NCBI GenBank assembly: GCA_044220955.1
Contig: JBGAQA010000124.1
Location: 1 to 17,766 of the forward strand
Source: Sandaracinaceae bacterium
GTDB lineage: Bacteria; Myxococcota_A; Polyangia; Polyangiales; Sandaracinaceae
DNA: 17,766 nt
Reading direction: 5' to 3'
Shown: piece by piece, positions 15,071 through 17,766 of the stretch
Numbering within the stretch: the stretch's first letter is position 1
How the letters are laid out: every line of letters begins with the position of its first letter
Program-made: the position numbers and the translations under genes
Notes under the pieces: generated by a model
What the model saw: the letters and a program-made list of their open reading frames with translations, nothing else
Told to the model about the DNA's origin: nothing
The model's database searches: none

Positions 15071-15672
15071 TGCCGGCGCAGACACGGGCGAAGGTGGTCG
15101 TGGTCGACAACTACGACTCGTTCACGTTCAACCTCGTGCAGGCCCTCGCGGTCCTCGGCGCGGACGTGCACGTCGTGCAGAACGACCGCGTCGAGGTCCA
15201 GGGGGTCGTCGGGATGCGCCCCACGCACGTGGTGATCTCGCCCGGCCCGGGGCGACCGGAGGACGCGGGTGTGTCCCTGGCGGTCGTCCTGGCCGCGCTC
15301 GACGGAGCGGTCGAGGCGCGCGTGCTCGGCGTCTGCCTCGGGCACCAGTGCCTCGGCCTCGCCGCCGGCGGTCGCGTCGTGGCCGCCAAGCGCCTGATGC
15401 ACGGACGCGCGGACGCGCTCGATCACGACGGGCGCGGGATCTTCCGCGGGCTGCCGCGGCCGCTCGTGGCCGGTCGCTACCACTCGCTCGCGGTCGAGGC
15501 GGCGAGCCTGCCGGCCTCGCTCGAGGTGAGCGCGCGCTCGGGCGACGGAGAGGTGATGGCGCTGCGCCACGCGTCCGGCCGGGTCGACGGCGTGCAGTTC
15601 CACCCGGAGAGCATCCTGACGCCCGACGGCGTGCGCCTGCTCGACGGCTTCCTGAGCGGAGGTGTGCCGTGA
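15070..15672 (+). CDS. trpG: Anthranilate synthase component II (glutamine amidotransferase)
   Basis: VVDNYDSFTFNL, ISPGPGRP, LGVCLGHQ, RYHSL, QFHPES; TGATG overlap with trpE. Confidence 0.95.
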   Translation: MPAQTRAKVVVVDNYDSFTFNLVQALAVLGADVHVVQNDRVEVQGVVGMRPTHVVISPGPGRPEDAGVSLAVVLAALDGAVEARVLGVCLGHQCLGLAAGGRVVAAKRLMHGRADALDHDGRGIFRGLPRPLVAGRYHSLAVEAASLPASLEVSARSGDGEVMALRHASGRVDGVQFHPESILTPDGVRLLDGFLSGGVP

Positions 15673-16712
15673 GCCCGCTCGTCCGGCAGGTGCTGGACGG
15701 CGCGCGCCTCGACGAGGCGGGGGCCGAGGCGCTGATGGACGCGCTCGCGACGACCGACCTCGAGCCCGCGGCGATCGCGGCGCTCCTCACGACGCTCCGG
15801 GCGCGGGGCGAGACCGCCGACGAGGTTGCCGGCTTCGCGCGCTCGCTGCGGCGTCACGCGCGTCGACCGGAGATCCCGGGCGCCGAGCGGGCCGCCGACA
15901 CCTGCGGGACCGGGGGCGACCGCGCGTCGAGCTTGAACCTCTCGACGGCGGCGGCGCTCCTCGCGGCCGCGTGCGGCGCACCGATCGTGAAGCACGGCAA
16001 TCGCTCCGTCTCGAGCCGCTCGGGGAGCGCCGACGTGCTCGAGGCGCTCGGGATCGCCCTGCCGGACAGCGAAGGGGACGCGGCGCGCATGTTCGCGCGC
16101 GCCGGCTTCGCGTTCCTGTTCGCGCCGCGACATCACCCCGCCCTCGCGCGCGTGATGCCGGTCCGGCGCGCGCTCGGCGTGCGGACCGTGTTCAACCTGC
16201 TCGGGCCGCTCGTGAGCCCCGTCGCGCCGCGATTCCAGGTCACGGGCGCCTACAGCCTCGAGGCCGCGCGGGTGATGGCCGGCGCCCTCGCCCGCCTCGG
16301 CGTCGAGCGCGCGCTCGTCGTCCACGGCGCCGAGGGCTGGGACGAGCCGACACCGCTCGGCCCCTTCGTCGCGATCGAGGTCGCCGACGGTCGGATCGAC
16401 GAGAGGGTCCGCGATCCCCTCGACCTCGGGATGGCGCGCTGCACCGCGGCCCCTCTGCGTGGAGGCGACGCCCACACGAACGCGCGCCGGCTGCGCGCGG
16501 TGCTCGAGGGCAGCGAGCGGGGGCCGCACCGCGACGCGGTCGTCCTCGGTGCGGCGCTCGTGCTCGAGGTCGCCGGACACGCCCAGAGCGCCCGCGAGGG
16601 CGTCGCCCTCGCCAGCGCGGCCATCGACCGTGGCGAGGGCGAGCACCTGCTCTGGAACCTCGTCGAGGCGAGCCGCGCCAGGGCGCGAGATGGCGAGCGA
16701 GCCGGTGTCTGA
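15669..16712 (+). CDS. trpD: Anthranilate phosphoribosyltransferase
   Basis: RGETADE, DTCGTGGD, NLST, KHGNRSVSSRSGSADVLEALG, FLFAPRHHPA, RTVFNLLGPL, GWDE. Start GTG 15669 (GTGA overlap with trpG). Confidence 0.96.
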   Translation: MSPLVRQVLDGARLDEAGAEALMDALATTDLEPAAIAALLTTLRARGETADEVAGFARSLRRHARRPEIPGAERAADTCGTGGDRASSLNLSTAAALLAAACGAPIVKHGNRSVSSRSGSADVLEALGIALPDSEGDAARMFARAGFAFLFAPRHHPALARVMPVRRALGVRTVFNLLGPLVSPVAPRFQVTGAYSLEAARVMAGALARLGVERALVVHGAEGWDEPTPLGPFVAIEVADGRIDERVRDPLDLGMARCTAAPLRGGDAHTNARRLRAVLEGSERGPHRDAVVLGAALVLEVAGHAQSAREGVALASAAIDRGEGEHLLWNLVEASRARARDGERAGV

Positions 16713-17523
16713 CTTCCTCGACGAGATGACGCGCGCGAGCCGGGCCCGCGCCGCGGCGCTCGCTCCCCGCGCGGGCGAGCTGCGGGCGCTCGCGGAGCGC
16801 TCCGCCGCGCCGCTGCCCCTGGTCCTCGGCGACCTCGGCGTGATCGCGGAGATCAAGCCGCGCGCCCCGTCGGCGGGGACGCTGGGCGCGGCCGACGCGA
16901 GCGCCGGACCAGAGCGTGCGCTGGCGTACGCGGATGGCCTCGCGGCCTGCGTGTCGGTGCTGACCGAGCCGACGCGCTTCGACGGCTCGCTCGAGCTGCT
17001 CGCGGCCGTCTCGCGCGCACTGCGCGATCGTGGCGTGCCGACCATGCGCAAGGACTTCCTCGTCGATCCCACGCAGCTCGCCGAGGCTCGCATCGCGGGG
17101 GCGAGCGGCGTGCTGCTGGTCGTCCGGATGCTGAGCGACGGGCAGCTGGCCGAGCTCGTCGACGCCGCAAGGTCCCTGCGGCTCTTCGCGCTGATCGAGG
17201 CGTTCGACGAGGCCGATCTCGAGCGGGCGGCGCGCACGATCGAGCGGACGCCCACCGGCGTGTTCCTGGGCGTGAACTGTCGCGACCTCGTGACGCTGGC
17301 CATCGATCGGACGCGGCTCGGCGCGCTCGCGCGCGCGCTTCCTCCGAACGTGGAGGCGGTCGCCGAGAGCGGGATCGCTTCCGAGATCGACGTGCGGGCG
17401 GCCGTGCGCGCGGGCTATCGCGGCGTGCTCGTCGGCACCGCGCTCATGCGCTCGGCCGATCCCGGCCGAGCCGTGCGGGCGCTCCGCGACGCCGGTCGCG
17501 CGGAGGCCCGCTCGTGTACGTGA
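16705..17523 (+). CDS. trpC: Indole-3-glycerol-phosphate synthase
   Basis: IAEIKPRAPSAG, SVLTEPTRFDGS, RKDFLVDP, GVNCRDL, VAESGI, VLVGTALM. Start GTG 16705 (ATG 16690 is an alternative). Confidence 0.94.
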   Translation: MSDFLDEMTRASRARAAALAPRAGELRALAERSAAPLPLVLGDLGVIAEIKPRAPSAGTLGAADASAGPERALAYADGLAACVSVLTEPTRFDGSLELLAAVSRALRDRGVPTMRKDFLVDPTQLAEARIAGASGVLLVVRMLSDGQLAELVDAARSLRLFALIEAFDEADLERAARTIERTPTGVFLGVNCRDLVTLAIDRTRLGALARALPPNVEAVAESGIASEIDVRAAVRAGYRGVLVGTALMRSADPGRAVRALRDAGRAEARSCT

Positions 17524-17766
17524 AGATATGTGGGCTGACCGAGCCCGAGCACGTCGAGGCGGCGCTCGACGCGGGCGCGAGCGCCGTCGGCTTCGTGCTG
17601 GTCGACTCCCCTCGGCGGGTCTCGGTCGAGCGGGCGCGCGCGCTCGCCGAGCGCGCCGGACCCCGCGTCGATCGCGTCGCCGTGTTCCGGACGCTCGACG
17701 ACGAGGCCATCGACGCCGCGCGCGCGGCCGGATGCACGCACGTCCAAGCCTGCGCCTCGCGCGAGA
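17514..17766 (+). CDS. trpF: Phosphoribosylanthranilate isomerase, N-terminal part (runs off the window)
   Basis: Hand-translated from GTG 17514 (GGAGG at 17502-17506): MYVKICGLTEPEHVEAALDAGASAVGFVLVDSPRRVS...; not in the ORF track. Confidence 0.92.
   Translation, partial: MYVKICGLTEPEHVEAALDAGASAVGFVLVDSPRRVSVERARALAERAGPRVDRVAVFRTLDDEAIDAARAAGCTHVQACASRE

Noticed and set aside
15477..17303. 608-aa minus-strand ORF and 15662..16729 (+)
   Set aside because: Antisense and off-frame shadows of trpG, trpD and trpC.
1..17766. CRISPR array, IS/transposase, integrase, tRNA/rRNA or phage-defence genes
   Set aside because: No regularly spaced repeats, terminal inverted repeats or relevant protein motifs seen; nearly all sequence is accounted for by the listed genes.

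Overview
Very GC-rich bacterial DNA, tentatively Myxococcota/Polyangiales-like (inferred from lipoproteins with D-A-G/Pro-rich tethers). It is gene-dense, with no mobile element, CRISPR array, rRNA or tRNA detected. Left to right: (i) a head-to-head pair of predicted carbohydrate-active lipoproteins, namely a minus-strand CBM48/Ig-like/GH13 alpha-amylase (missing from the ORF track, runs off the left edge) and a six-hairpin glycosidase with a CBM6/35-like tail; (ii) pcm divergent from an ABC-F ATPase, a PagL-like beta-barrel and a TLC/NTT-like transporter; (iii) a tightly coupled thiS-thiG-small TPR-like protein-thiE/tenI-like-DUF4202 operon; (iv) a minus-strand GAF-GGDEF gene; (v) a trpE-trpG-trpD-trpC-trpF(partial) operon. 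The best find is in the 263-nt gap before trpE. It holds an unannotated, apparently leaderless 33-aa uORF (13484-13585) containing R-W-Y-W-R, followed by mutually exclusive 1:2 / 2:3 / 3:4 RNA helices with no U-tract and a hairpin that covers the trpE Shine-Dalgarno. This looks like a non-canonical Trp-sensing attenuator.
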